From positions 8,848 to 72,847 of IMG/VR virus record IMGVR_UViG_3300046780_000148: DNA of 64,000 nucleotides, one strand, 5' to 3'. This stretch comes from a virus. Below are positions 16,137 to 26,583 of this stretch, piece by piece (positions within the stretch are counted from its first letter, which is position 1; each line of letters begins with the position of its first letter). The notes under the pieces are model-generated. The model was given only the letters and a program-made list of their open reading frames with translations, made no database searches and had not been told where the DNA came from. Made by a program: the position numbers and the translations under genes.

Positions 16137-16768
16137 CGATCGAGTACGGGGACGGGGGCTTCGATCAACTTTACAAGTTCAACCTTCCCGTTGTTAAGAA
16201 GCTTTCCCTGGCGAATCTAGAAGCCGAAGAACGCCTCAATCGTATGCAAAACCCTACCTATGAAGGGTACATCGGAGAGATCCAGAACTACAATGCCGAA
16301 GACGTTGCGTTCACTCGGGATTGGTTCTCCGCAGGATTGTTTGGTCTACGAAAGGAGCGTGACGAATCTGAGCCTTGGGACTATCGACAAGCAACGGGTA
16401 CGATAATCAATGTAGAAGGAGCAAACATGAATTTCGAATCGGGCGTTAACGAGTACGGAGATGAAGATCTTCGTAATGAACTGGATCGGCGTGAGAAGCA
16501 GGCCCTCGCGGACAAGAAGATGGGGATGCTCGACGCATACGGTGAAGACGTATACACGAACGGTCAGGTCTTCACGTTCAACAAGCGCTTTGGTACCAGC
16601 GACGTCTTCTACCAGTATGTTGTACTTCGTACGAACGATGTTTGGTACATAACGGGTAAAGACGCGGGCAAGCAATTCACGTGGAAGAACCTGGTTCTGT
16701 TCTGTCTTTCGGGACCTCATCCCGTTGACGTAGAAGACTTCGTTGAACTGGTTCCTAAGGTTGGCTAA
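16133..16768 (+). CDS. hypothetical protein
   Basis: 211-aa ORF. Confidence 0.7.
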   Translation: MTIEYGDGGFDQLYKFNLPVVKKLSLANLEAEERLNRMQNPTYEGYIGEIQNYNAEDVAFTRDWFSAGLFGLRKERDESEPWDYRQATGTIINVEGANMNFESGVNEYGDEDLRNELDRREKQALADKKMGMLDAYGEDVYTNGQVFTFNKRFGTSDVFYQYVVLRTNDVWYITGKDAGKQFTWKNLVLFCLSGPHPVDVEDFVELVPKVG

Positions 16769-17067
16769 TGCCTAACAACGACGAGCTCTTCAAGCAGATG
16801 GAACTCGACGACCTTGCCGATCAAGTTAAGGCAACGCCGATCGACTACGCACGCATGAGGGGCAGAGCACCACAGAGCGTATATGCAGCGCTAAGAAAAC
16901 AGCGCGACGAATTCAAATCTGAACAGTGTCAATGTGGCCGTAGAGTAATTGACATCGAACAAGCAGACAAATATTTCGGATACACAAAGGAGACAGAAGA
17001 TGGCGAGCAGAACAGCGAAGATGTTGGTGACACCGAAGGACGCGACGGAGATGAAGACGACAGCTAA
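16768..17067 (+). CDS. putative HTH DNA-binding protein (PQSVY motif)
   Basis: ATPIDYARMRGRAPQSVYAALRK...CQCGRRVID. Confidence 0.7.
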   Translation: MPNNDELFKQMELDDLADQVKATPIDYARMRGRAPQSVYAALRKQRDEFKSEQCQCGRRVIDIEQADKYFGYTKETEDGEQNSEDVGDTEGRDGDEDDS

Positions 17068-17764
17068 CCTTTCCTTCGTTTGTACTGAGGATGGTTGCAA
17101 GCGAGCTTTCACTTTGCAGCGAGGGCTTTCGAAGCACGTGAACGCTATGCACACCAAGAAGGACGTAGAAGCCGCGTCAGAGAGCGACTCGGTCGAAGGT
17201 ACCAACGACGTCGGTGCTGCTTGGGCAGTTCACCACCAGACAGGCAAGAGTCGCTACGCACACAAGAAACCGTTCGACGTCTGCACAGCCGTCCCCTGTG
17301 TTCACATCAATAAGATGAAGCGGTCGCAGTACACTCTTGCACGACTTAACGTAGCAGGAAATGTGCACCCAGCAAAGCGCGAGCAGAGTACTACTACTCT
17401 GACGTGCGACGGTACTTGTGGCAAGAAGCGTACGTTCGCAGCCTCGTCTGCATTCATGGCACACGAAGCCAACGAGCACAACTCAGGTCGTAAGCCTGTT
17501 ATGGCGGGAACTGATTGGTCTGCTGAGGACCTCGAGGACTTCGAGAAGATGGCCGAAGAGGATGAGCGACTCGAAAGTCCCCTGGACGAAATCCGAAACG
17601 TCTTGGGACGTGAACCCAATCTGACCCCGCGCCCTGTGGTTGTTCCGGCAGCGAAAGGGGTCCGCGTTCACGTTGAACATGGCACGCTCTTCGTAGACAA
17701 CGCGAAGGCAGATGTCGACAGTTTTGTTAGCGGACTGCGAATTGCAATCAAAGTCACAAAGTAA
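17000..17764 (+). CDS. C2H2 zinc-finger protein
   Basis: FVCTEDGCKRAFTLQRGLSKHVNAMH plus a second C/H finger; AAGGAG RBS. Confidence 0.75.
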   Translation: MASRTAKMLVTPKDATEMKTTANLSFVCTEDGCKRAFTLQRGLSKHVNAMHTKKDVEAASESDSVEGTNDVGAAWAVHHQTGKSRYAHKKPFDVCTAVPCVHINKMKRSQYTLARLNVAGNVHPAKREQSTTTLTCDGTCGKKRTFAASSAFMAHEANEHNSGRKPVMAGTDWSAEDLEDFEKMAEEDERLESPLDEIRNVLGREPNLTPRPVVVPAAKGVRVHVEHGTLFVDNAKADVDSFVSGLRIAIKVTK

Positions 17765-17776
17765 TAGGAGGTTGTA

Positions 17777-19339
17777 GTGCTAAAGCTCAGGCCGTTCCAG
17801 ATCGAGTGCGTGGATAAACTGTTGAACGAACCTTCATCCATCATCGGTGACGATATGGGTTTGGGAAAGACAGTTGAAGGTATTGCACTCGACATGGCTA
17901 GGAGAGATGCGGCTCCTAGGGGAAAGAAGCGTACACTGGTCATTGCACCTATGAGCATGCTTTCCTCTTGGGAAGAACACTTCACTGACTGGCAGCCTGG
18001 GCTTACTACTATAGTTATCAACCCCAAGAACCGAGATGCGTTCCTACTTGCGGTAGAGAAGGGGTCGTACGACGTCTACATCATGCACTGGGATGTCGTA
18101 CGACTCCTTCCCGACCTCGCTAAGTACAAGTGGTTCCACATCATTGCAGATGAGGCTCACAGGGTTGCTAATCGTGAAGCACAGGTAACTGTGCGTAGTA
18201 AGAAGATCCCCCGTCAGTTCTTGACAGAGCTCTCTGGCACACCTATGACGACTAGACCCGATCAGTTCTGGTCGTTGTTGAATTGGCTTAAGCCTAAAGT
18301 GTTCACGTCGTACCACCGCTTCTATGAACGCCACGTTGTGTCAATCAAGCACGACAACTCTGGAGACTGTAAGGGGGTGTTTAAGAATGGGCAGACGTGT
18401 GGTAAGGGTCATAAGGTATCATTCAAGCAAATCATTGGTGTGCAAAACATCGATGAACTGCTACGTACTATCCAACCGTACTACGTACGTCGCCTCAAGG
18501 AGGACGTACTCAAGGACTTGCCTCCCAAGCAGTTCACCAGGATCACCGTTAAGTTGGGCCCGCAGCAACGTAAGGTATACGATCAGATGCGTGATGAGAT
18601 GCTCGCATGGATCGGTGAAAACGAAGACCAGCCACTGGCCGCTCCGATGGCAATTGCTAAGCTAGTTCGGTTGCAACAATTAGCTTGTGCATATGCCAAC
18701 GTGCGGTGGGAAAAAGTTCGTGCAATTAATCCTGACTGGCCATCTGGAGGCATTCCAGAGGAAAAGTACGATGAGAGTTTAGGCATACCAAAAAGTTCAG
18801 AACCTGAAAAGTATCATCTAGTCGATAAGCAAATCGTAACTCTGATGGATCCGTCGTCCAAGCTAGATGCGTGCATGGAGATCCTGAATGACAACCCCGA
18901 CAAGCAGTTCGTCGTCTTCAGTCAAAGCAAGCAAGTTATCAATCTTCTTGCCAAACGATTGGAAGCTGCGAAGATATCCCACGGGGTATTTACTGGTGAC
19001 ACTTCGCCGGATAATCGCACTGACATTCGAACCGCGTTCCAAGCAGGGCATCTACGCGTCTTCGCAGGGACTATCCAAGCAGGAGGAGAGGGCATTACTC
19101 TTACTGCAGCTTCAACGGTCATCTTCCTCGATAGAGCCTGGTCGCCGGCGAAGAATAGGCAGGCTGAGGATCGTTGTCATCGTATTGGACAAAAGGATTC
19201 GGTACAGATCATAGACATTGTTGCAGTCAATACTATTGATGCTGGACGACTTCAACGTATCGAAACGAACTGGCAATTCATTAAGCAGCTGTTGGGAGAT
19301 AAGGATGCTAAAACTAAACCAGAAGGAGCGTACGTATGA
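17777..19339 (+). CDS. SNF2-family SF2 helicase
   Basis: DDMGLGKT, DEAH, SGTP, QAEDRCHRIGQ. Confidence 0.95.
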   Translation: MLKLRPFQIECVDKLLNEPSSIIGDDMGLGKTVEGIALDMARRDAAPRGKKRTLVIAPMSMLSSWEEHFTDWQPGLTTIVINPKNRDAFLLAVEKGSYDVYIMHWDVVRLLPDLAKYKWFHIIADEAHRVANREAQVTVRSKKIPRQFLTELSGTPMTTRPDQFWSLLNWLKPKVFTSYHRFYERHVVSIKHDNSGDCKGVFKNGQTCGKGHKVSFKQIIGVQNIDELLRTIQPYYVRRLKEDVLKDLPPKQFTRITVKLGPQQRKVYDQMRDEMLAWIGENEDQPLAAPMAIAKLVRLQQLACAYANVRWEKVRAINPDWPSGGIPEEKYDESLGIPKSSEPEKYHLVDKQIVTLMDPSSKLDACMEILNDNPDKQFVVFSQSKQVINLLAKRLEAAKISHGVFTGDTSPDNRTDIRTAFQAGHLRVFAGTIQAGGEGITLTAASTVIFLDRAWSPAKNRQAEDRCHRIGQKDSVQIIDIVAVNTIDAGRLQRIETNWQFIKQLLGDKDAKTKPEGAYV

Positions 19340-19346
19340 CTCTTAG

Positions 19347-19601
19347 GTGGCAAGTAATTGTTGGTACAGTCGCACTAGTCGTATATCTGGGTGCGGGACT
19401 ATTCCTTCTCGCGATGGGATGGATTGTATGAACAAGTGCAAGGCTAAGAAGCTCATAGCACTAATAGATGTGTCCGAACCTATTCTTCTGACTTGTGATG
19501 GTGCACAAGACCACACGACCAATTGGCACCGTAGCACCTTGACGGACGAGTTCGATGACAGCAAGGTCGAGATTAAGTGGAAGGAACTTCCTAATGGATG
19601 A
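19347..19601 (+). CDS. Cys-rich hypothetical protein
   Basis: ORF; start uncertain. Confidence 0.45.
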   Translation: MASNCWYSRTSRISGCGTIPSRDGMDCMNKCKAKKLIALIDVSEPILLTCDGAQDHTTNWHRSTLTDEFDDSKVEIKWKELPNG

Positions 19602-19770
19602 GCCTGTCCAGGTCTTTGTGTCGACCGACTACTATGATTGTTTGTTTTGTCCAAAGATGATTGAGCTCGGTGATCGTATCGGGAACGTAAAGTTGGGTAA
19701 GACAAGCGAGATGGCACACGAAGAGTGTCTTATCGATAACGACTACGACATCGCGGAGGCTGCAGAGTGA
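19594..19770 (+). CDS. small zinc-binding protein
   Basis: CLFC..IELGD...HEEC. Confidence 0.55.
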   Translation: MDEPVQVFVSTDYYDCLFCPKMIELGDRIGNVKLGKTSEMAHEECLIDNDYDIAEAAE

Positions 19771-20003
19771 ACCATTTCTATCTGTCCGATCCAGCTAAGA
19801 TCGACCTTGGCAAGCTTAGGGAGGAAGCACAGAATCGTCTCGACCCTAGGGGGACCTATCGAGGACAGAAGCCCAGTGAGAGCATCATTCACTTTCACCC
19901 CAAGTACAATCCAGTACTGCAGGGATATGCAAAGACCAAAGCAGAGTATTCCTGCGAAGGATTCGAACACGAGGAGTACAAGTTCGAGGAGGTGCAGCTC
20001 TAG
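19767..20003 (+). CDS. hypothetical protein
   Basis: GTGA overlap. Confidence 0.6.
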   Translation: MNHFYLSDPAKIDLGKLREEAQNRLDPRGTYRGQKPSESIIHFHPKYNPVLQGYAKTKAEYSCEGFEHEEYKFEEVQL

Positions 20004-20401
20004 TGGCTAGACTCGTTCTCATTCAGTTTGCCAACAACGCTGAAGCAGAAGCGTATGTCGCGAGCCTCCGCACGGGCAAGTCTTTCGTCAGTGCTCCACA
20101 GGACGATGGGGACTACAAGGTAGTCGAGGTGGCGCCCCAGGTGCTTGGCATGTACGGAAGACCAACGACCTTCTGTGTCTGCGAGGATACTAAGTACAAT
20201 CAGGTTCGTGGGGCAAAGCTTGGCTGGTGGGTCTGTGCTAAGTGTAATAAGGCTCGACCAGAACGTGATCAGATCCCCGCAAATCTTCTAGCAGGAGAAG
20301 ATGATACTAGGTCACTGGACGACAAGCGACCGTTCGTATCCATTGGAACAGTTCAGCGAGTCGAGTGGTGTGAGAAGCACAAGAACATCCCCAATCCTTA
20401 G
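20003..20401 (+). CDS. zinc-binding hypothetical protein
   Basis: FCVC...GWWVCAKC. Confidence 0.7.
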   Translation: MARLVLIQFANNAEAEAYVASLRTGKSFVSAPQDDGDYKVVEVAPQVLGMYGRPTTFCVCEDTKYNQVRGAKLGWWVCAKCNKARPERDQIPANLLAGEDDTRSLDDKRPFVSIGTVQRVEWCEKHKNIPNP

Positions 20402-20597
20402 GAGACGTACGTGAAACGCTTTTGGCTTTACGTCGTTGCAGGTATTCTGGGTTTGACTATCGGAGCAGCTATCGCATCGCAAGCATATGCAGGTCAGCCC
20501 AACTTGCGAGGCGCTACGTTTAGTTGCACTAAATAATTGTTAGCTCAAAGGGATCGATCGCATTGGTCGGTCCTCTTGAACCCACAATTAATTACGA

Positions 20598-20634
20598 TTG
20601 ACATCTTGTAGAACCTTGTGACCCCGAGTATAAT
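20598..20634 (+). promoter_or_regulatory. promoter of recombination/replication operon
   Basis: TTGACATC-TTGTAG-17-TATAAT then AAGGAGG. Confidence 0.75.
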
Positions 20635-20657
20635 TAGTTTAAGGAGGAAATAAAAAA

Positions 20658-21998
20658 TTGCTAACGATTAAATCCCTCAAAGACGTAAACGATTACATCA
20701 CAGAAAATCTCGTACACAGTATTCACGTATCAGAACGCAAGAGCTTCCGAGGATGTCGCCGACGTCACAACTGGGTGTATAGGGATCTGTACTACCCCAC
20801 GATGACTGCCAAGCCCCTCGAGTTCGGTATTGCGTATCACGCTGCGGCCGAACACTGGTACAATCCAGAGACGTGGAACATCGACAACGAGTCCCGTGAA
20901 CTGGAAACTATCCTGGTCTTCAAGAAGCACTGCATGGACCAGATGGATGACTACAAGAAGAAACACTTGCCGGAGTGGGAAGTCCTCGACGATGAAATCG
21001 TAAAGGACTACGACGAGCGCGTTGAGCTTGGGTTCGCTATGCTCAAGCAGATGTTCACTACATCCTACGAGATCGACGAAGAGTATCGTCCGGTCGGGGT
21101 AGAGGTTCCGTTCGAAGTCCCTATCAAGGATTCTGACGGCAACGACATCTGGTGCAAGTGCCAACGCTGCTGGAAGAAGTACGTAGCGTTCGTAGCCAAG
21201 CAGTGGTCCGACTGGGAAGCCATTTGCAATGATGGCGAATCTAAGGTGCTTCCCCCGAAGCCTTCTCTGGTCATTAGCGAACTCGAGTACAGAGGGGGCT
21301 CGTGGAAGATTTGGATGGGACTCCCAGTCACTCTGGGCGGCAGAATTGATGCACTCTTCCAGGACAAGTATGGTCGATACTGGATCGTAGACTGGAAGAC
21401 AGCTGCGCGGCTTTCCGTCGGTGAACCTGGATCGCCCGACGACTTCCTCTGGCTTGACGATCAGATCACCTCATACTGTTGGGCCCTGTGGTTGTTGGGG
21501 ATCGACGTTGCCGGGTTCATTTATCATGAGCAGAAGAAGGCAATGCTCGAAGAGCCTGAGCCTATGTCTCGTAGGTACAAGGGTTGTCTGTACAGCCAGA
21601 ACAAGCAGAAGAACTTTGACGCCACCGCGTACGAAGCAACGGTCAAGATCTTTGATCCCGAAGCCTATCATGCAGGCCTGTATACGGATTTCATTTTCCA
21701 CCTGCAAACGGACGTGGGTGCGTTCTATAAGCGACACACCATCCACCGCAACGAGAATGAGCTGATCGAAGCAGGCATTAATATTGCCCTCGAGGCTCTC
21801 GACATGACAGATCCTAACCTTCGGATCTATCCCAGTCCTGGACGATTTGCTTGTGGCTATTGTGCCTTCAAAGAACCTTGCCTAGGCAAGAATCGTGGTG
21901 AAGACTACGTCTACACCTTAGACACGATGTTCGAAAAGCGTACGAAGTTGTACTATGAGACCGCAGCACCTAATACTGACAAGCCGAGTCGATCATGA
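20658..21998 (+). CDS. PD-(D/E)XK (RecB/Cas4-like) exonuclease
   Basis: C-RR...FGIAYH...GRIDAL...IVDWKT...Q...Y...CGYCAFKEPC. Confidence 0.9.
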   Translation: MLTIKSLKDVNDYITENLVHSIHVSERKSFRGCRRRHNWVYRDLYYPTMTAKPLEFGIAYHAAAEHWYNPETWNIDNESRELETILVFKKHCMDQMDDYKKKHLPEWEVLDDEIVKDYDERVELGFAMLKQMFTTSYEIDEEYRPVGVEVPFEVPIKDSDGNDIWCKCQRCWKKYVAFVAKQWSDWEAICNDGESKVLPPKPSLVISELEYRGGSWKIWMGLPVTLGGRIDALFQDKYGRYWIVDWKTAARLSVGEPGSPDDFLWLDDQITSYCWALWLLGIDVAGFIYHEQKKAMLEEPEPMSRRYKGCLYSQNKQKNFDATAYEATVKIFDPEAYHAGLYTDFIFHLQTDVGAFYKRHTIHRNENELIEAGINIALEALDMTDPNLRIYPSPGRFACGYCAFKEPCLGKNRGEDYVYTLDTMFEKRTKLYYETAAPNTDKPSRS

Positions 21999-22216
21999 CA
22001 CCGGAACAGCATAGAGTTCTGATGAAAGAGATGCTGAAGCTTCGATGGCCCGAAGCCATACCGTTGGCTATCTTTTTGGTCATCACGGCCTTTCCGTTGA
22101 ATGGCGTTGGGATATTCATTGCTGGAACCTCATTCGGTATTAGCATAACTATCCATGTATATAAGTGCCTTCGTATAGCAAAAGAATGGACGGAGAAGAA
22201 CAATGCAGCGCCTTAA
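21995..22216 (+). CDS. membrane protein
   Basis: two hydrophobic segments. Confidence 0.55.
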   Translation: MTPEQHRVLMKEMLKLRWPEAIPLAIFLVITAFPLNGVGIFIAGTSFGISITIHVYKCLRIAKEWTEKNNAAP

Positions 22217-22415
22217 GATCACAGCTGTTACGTACACCGAAGTGGATGAAACTGATACGCAGGCTTGGAATCTTCAAGATGGATCGCCTGCAGACATTAT
22301 GCTCCGACAACTTCAAGAGGGCGAAGTCTACATCGAAGAGATTGCAGAGGCCCACTACAACGATGAAGATATGTTGAATGTCATGACCTTCACAGTCGAG
22401 GTAGTCGATGCCTGA
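22203..22415 (+). CDS. acidic hypothetical protein
   Basis: GGAG RBS. Confidence 0.6.
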   Translation: MQRLKITAVTYTEVDETDTQAWNLQDGSPADIMLRQLQEGEVYIEEIAEAHYNDEDMLNVMTFTVEVVDA

Positions 22416-22608
22416 GATCAATATGGTGGGACTTACTAAGTACACCTTTGACGAACTTTCAGAATCTTGTCAAGCAGAACTTCGCCTCGTTGTAGAAGGT
22501 CTAGCGTTAGCCAATCCTGATTGGCTCGGTATGCAAATCACTATCGAGTACATGGACGCCGAGAAGGCTTACTTGACGTGCAAGGTGGCGATGCCCAGTG
22601 TCGAGTGA
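22408..22608 (+). CDS. hypothetical protein
   Basis: overlap coupling. Confidence 0.55.
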   Translation: MPEINMVGLTKYTFDELSESCQAELRLVVEGLALANPDWLGMQITIEYMDAEKAYLTCKVAMPSVE

Positions 22609-22813
22609 CGAAGAAGACCGCGCAGCCTTCGAGAAACTGGTTGCCTCCATTCCTCTAAGCATCCTTGGTGAGTATGCTGCAATCCTTCGTGAGCTGTACG
22701 AAGCCTTTGTGGGTGTAGACTTTACTGAAGATCAAGCTATGCAATTCGTGCTAGTTCAATGGACTGAAACCATCCGTGGCGGGATCGTTCAAGGTGGAGG
22801 TACGGTAGCATGA
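22598..22813 (+). CDS. hypothetical protein
   Basis: overlap coupling. Confidence 0.6.
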   Translation: MSSDEEDRAAFEKLVASIPLSILGEYAAILRELYEAFVGVDFTEDQAMQFVLVQWTETIRGGIVQGGGTVA

Positions 22814-23631
22814 CGGCTCCAGCTAGAATCACGCCAACGTCTCTCGGCGGACTTAAGCTTGCACGTGTTGCTGATATGGCTCCCCGCATCAACGGTCTCA
22901 TCTATGGCGAGCCAGGTGTTGGTAAGACTGTCTTGCTAGGCTCCTGCGATGCGGTTCCTGAGATGCGCAAGATGCTCATCCTAGACGTTGATGGTGGTAC
23001 CTTGTCGATCAAGGATAGCTACCCGAACGTTGAGCGTTTGCAGATTACTAAGTTTGCTCAGCTGCAAAGGGTGTACGACGACCTATTCAACGATGCAGGT
23101 CACGGCTTCCAAACCGTTGCTATTGATACGGGTACGGAAGCGCAGAAGATCAATATGAACGTTATCATGGCAAAGGCTGTTGCAGCCGCCGCTGATAAGG
23201 GTGAGGTTCGCGACCCTGAAGTTCCATCCTTCCGCGAGTGGGGAATCTCGGGAGAACAGATGCGTGGACTCATTCGAGCCTATCGCGATCTGCCTATGAA
23301 CTTCTTCATGACTTGTCACGTTAAGGATGACAAGAATGAGCAGACAGGTGCAGTTAAGAAGTCGCCAGATCTGCCTGGTAAGCTTGCACGTCAGATTCCA
23401 GGCTTCTTCGACCTGTGCTTGTACATGTATTCAAAAGAAATCGAAAAGGATGGTGAGAAGAAAGACCTACGACTCCTATGCTCAGCAGCGACCGAGAAAA
23501 TCGTAGCAAAGGATCGAAGCGCTAAGTTGCCTAAGATCATTCAGCAGGCGAACATGAAGTACATCTACACCACTGTAACGAGTCCTAAGAAAGAAATCGC
23601 ACCAGTTAAGAAAGAGGCTGTAACAGTATGA
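22810..23631 (+). CDS. AAA_24 ATPase (Sak4-like recombination protein)
   Basis: YGEPGVGKT; VAIDT; lies between exonuclease and SSB. Confidence 0.85.
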   Translation: MTAPARITPTSLGGLKLARVADMAPRINGLIYGEPGVGKTVLLGSCDAVPEMRKMLILDVDGGTLSIKDSYPNVERLQITKFAQLQRVYDDLFNDAGHGFQTVAIDTGTEAQKINMNVIMAKAVAAAADKGEVRDPEVPSFREWGISGEQMRGLIRAYRDLPMNFFMTCHVKDDKNEQTGAVKKSPDLPGKLARQIPGFFDLCLYMYSKEIEKDGEKKDLRLLCSAATEKIVAKDRSAKLPKIIQQANMKYIYTTVTSPKKEIAPVKKEAVTV

Positions 23632-24296
23632 CTACCGACACCGTAGAAGACATGAACGACCCGCGGGATGCTCGTGACGAGATCAACGCGGACGCTTACA
23701 ACGACGAGCTGAGTGCTTCGGCCGTTGCCGATACTCCTGCCTGGGCTGTTGACGGCGATGCTATGGACGATCTCGTTAGCGAGCAGGACCTTTCTCCAGG
23801 AGGCTCGTGGCTGAGCGACGGCTCGGATGGCGAAGAGGAATTCGACCTCACTACCCTTCGTGTCAACTTCTCGCAGGCAGAAGCCGAGGCAGAATCGCTT
23901 CCGGATCTTCCGGCGGGACGCTACCTCGTTGCCATTACCGAAGTCAAGATCAAGCGTTCGACTTCGGTGAAGAACCCGGGCAAGCCGTACTACAACCTGA
24001 CGTACACTATTCAGGAAGGTAAGTACAAGAACCGTAAGCTGTACGATAACGTGATGCTGTTCGATGGCGCTCTGTACTCGTACACGCAGCTCGCTAAGGC
24101 ACTGGGTAACTCTGTTACGGCTGGTAACTCCAACGTTCTCCAGCCGCAGGACCTTATGGGTTCGATCTTCGTTGCCAAGGTTGTTATGAGCCCCGCCAAG
24201 GGTGAGTACGCAGCGCGCAACGAGGTCAAGGGTTACTTCCCCGCCAAGATCGGCGTTGGCAGTACCTCTGCGGGTAGCAACAGCCTCGAGCCGTAA
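23628..24296 (+). CDS. DUF669-type ssDNA-binding protein
   Basis: LPAGRY...ITEV...YKNRKLYDN...NEVKGY. Confidence 0.75.
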   Translation: MTTDTVEDMNDPRDARDEINADAYNDELSASAVADTPAWAVDGDAMDDLVSEQDLSPGGSWLSDGSDGEEEFDLTTLRVNFSQAEAEAESLPDLPAGRYLVAITEVKIKRSTSVKNPGKPYYNLTYTIQEGKYKNRKLYDNVMLFDGALYSYTQLAKALGNSVTAGNSNVLQPQDLMGSIFVAKVVMSPAKGEYAARNEVKGYFPAKIGVGSTSAGSNSLEP

Positions 24297-24317
24297 GATC
24301 TGATAGTTTGGTAGTCT

Positions 24318-24359
24318 TGGTCGGATCCCTAATTGTTGGTAGCTTTAGGGGTCCGACCA
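24318..24359 (+). terminator. hairpin (terminator or processing site)
   Basis: TGGTCGGATCCCTAA/TTAGGGGTCCGACCA. Confidence 0.55.
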
Positions 24360-24391
24360 TTCCATATTCCTTCTACGCCGTATGATAGGAG

Positions 24392-26575
24392 GTGAAAGTG
24401 ACATCTGAGGTAACACGACAAGCGTTCTTCCGATTGGCATACGGTCGCCATGAAGGTTGGGCCTGCATTGGTTTGCTGCAACGCGGTGCAGGTAAAATGA
24501 ATGAGCGCTGGTTCCACCTGCCAACCCAATTCAATGATATGCTAGAACTCATCGATAGGCTTGCAATAAATGATCGCATCGATGTGTACTACTGTCCCCA
24601 ACTCTTCGAAAGCAAGTCACGTAGAAAAGACAACGTTAAGATCGCACCAACCCTTTGGGCAGACCTTGACGAATGCAATCCAACGGAGATGGAAGAAAGA
24701 CCTTCCCTCGTTGTAGAAACAAGTCCAGAAAGATTCCAGGGCCTGTGGATTTTGGAGAACGGCCTACCCGGTGACAAAGCTGCGGAACTTAGTAAGAGGA
24801 TCGCATACAAGTACGCCGACCAAGGCTGCGATCGTTCCGGCTGGGACTTAACTCAACTTCTACGCGTACCTGGTACCAGGAATAATAAGTACATCAATAC
24901 AGATACAGGTGCAGCAATAACTCGCATCGTCGGTGATGGAAGCCATTCTATCTATCGCGAGAACGAGTTTGATGATCTACCCCCCGTTACGCTGTCGGAC
25001 TATGAGAAGATTCCTTTCCCCGAGAAGTTCCCCCCGGGCACTGGTCGCGACATCATGGAGATCTTCCGATTCAAACTTACACAAAAAACCTTTCAAAGAT
25101 TCGAGACCATCCCAGAAGGTGATTGGTCTCGTGAGCTGTTTGCACTAGAGATGTCTTGCTACGAAGCAGGTATGAGTCGCGAACAAGTTTATAAAGTCGT
25201 AACCGATGCAGCATGTAATAAATTTGCACGTGCAGGTCTTGGTGAGAATCACGTATGGGGTGAGGTATGTAGAGCTTATGGAAGACACACAGAGAACCTC
25301 GAAAAAGTTCAAATCATCACTAAGAAGGATGAGCCACTACTTACGGACGAAGAGCGTTCTAGCGTTGAAAACGTCCGTACGTTTGTTGAAGACTATATTG
25401 ACTGGGCAAGTAAGCTCGGAGACGCTGCCGTTCAGTATCACCAGGGCGGAGCTTTTATTATACTTAGCGCTCTTCTTGCTGGAAGCGTTTCTCTTCCTAC
25501 ATCCTTCGGTAGGGTAGTGCCTAATCTTTGGTTTATGATCCTTGCAGACACTACCTTGACACGTAAGTCGACAGCAATGGATATCGCAGTTGACTTGTTA
25601 GTGGAGGTTGATCCAGATGCGATCATGGCAACGGATGGTTCCATCGAAGGTCTGATGCAGGGACTATCAACTCGTCCTGGTAGGCCATCGGTATTCTTGC
25701 GAGACGAGTTCAGTGGACTAATCGAACAGATCACCAAGAAGGACTACTATGCTGGAATGGCAGAGACTCTCACCAAACTGTATGATGGTAAGATGCAGAA
25801 GAGACTGCTCCGCAAGGAGATTATCGAGGTGCGAGATCCTGTACTTGTATTGTTTGCTGGAGGTATTAAATCGCGCGTACAACAACTACTCAAACTCGAT
25901 CACATCAGTTCCGGATTCATCCCACGTTTCCTTTTCCTTACAGCAGAGTCCGATATCTCAAAGGTCCAGCCTCTTGGACCACCAACACTTCTTGACACTT
26001 CAGGCAAGGCAGAACTACTTCAACAGATGATCGACATGCGTCAGTTCTATCATGGCTTCTTTGAACTGACTATTGAAGGTGGTAAGAAGATTGAAATGCC
26101 CAAGCGGTGGGAAGCAGAACTAACTCCTGCTGCTTGGACTAGATATAACAAGTTCGAGAAGCAACTAACAGGTGCAGGTATGAAGACAGAACGACCTGAC
26201 CTAATGACACCATTGTTCGACCGACTTGCTAAGTCAACACTTAAGGCAATTGTACTCCTAGCAGCATCACGTAGAAAGGGTGATGATGTCATCATTGATG
26301 TGGATGATGTCCTTCTAGGAATCAAGTATGCAGAGGGTTGGCAGAACTACGCCATCGAAGTTGTTAACGGCATTGGTATGTCGATCGTTGAAACACAGAT
26401 GGATAACATCCTAGGTAACATTAGAAAGCATCCGGGGATTAGTCGTTCCGTTCTAATGAGAACGTATCGTCTTTCAGCACGAGAAGCGGATGCTATCTTC
26501 ATTACACTAGAGCAGCGTGGCCTAGTTACGAAATCACTGGCAGGTAAAGGCGTGGCTTACAACGCCCTCATGTAG
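24392..26575 (+). CDS. primase-helicase (RepB-like primase + DUF3987-like helicase)
   Basis: LWADLD...ETSP..FQGLW...LLRVPGT.N; TRKST; DEFSG. Confidence 0.85.
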   Translation: MKVTSEVTRQAFFRLAYGRHEGWACIGLLQRGAGKMNERWFHLPTQFNDMLELIDRLAINDRIDVYYCPQLFESKSRRKDNVKIAPTLWADLDECNPTEMEERPSLVVETSPERFQGLWILENGLPGDKAAELSKRIAYKYADQGCDRSGWDLTQLLRVPGTRNNKYINTDTGAAITRIVGDGSHSIYRENEFDDLPPVTLSDYEKIPFPEKFPPGTGRDIMEIFRFKLTQKTFQRFETIPEGDWSRELFALEMSCYEAGMSREQVYKVVTDAACNKFARAGLGENHVWGEVCRAYGRHTENLEKVQIITKKDEPLLTDEERSSVENVRTFVEDYIDWASKLGDAAVQYHQGGAFIILSALLAGSVSLPTSFGRVVPNLWFMILADTTLTRKSTAMDIAVDLLVEVDPDAIMATDGSIEGLMQGLSTRPGRPSVFLRDEFSGLIEQITKKDYYAGMAETLTKLYDGKMQKRLLRKEIIEVRDPVLVLFAGGIKSRVQQLLKLDHISSGFIPRFLFLTAESDISKVQPLGPPTLLDTSGKAELLQQMIDMRQFYHGFFELTIEGGKKIEMPKRWEAELTPAAWTRYNKFEKQLTGAGMKTERPDLMTPLFDRLAKSTLKAIVLLAASRRKGDDVIIDVDDVLLGIKYAEGWQNYAIEVVNGIGMSIVETQMDNILGNIRKHPGISRSVLMRTYRLSAREADAIFITLEQRGLVTKSLAGKGVAYNALM

Positions 26576-26583
26576 GAGAGAAC

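Noticed and set aside
20658-21998. Cas4 as evidence of a CRISPR system
   Set aside because: Ordinary phage recombination nuclease next to AAA_24 and SSB; no array or other cas genes
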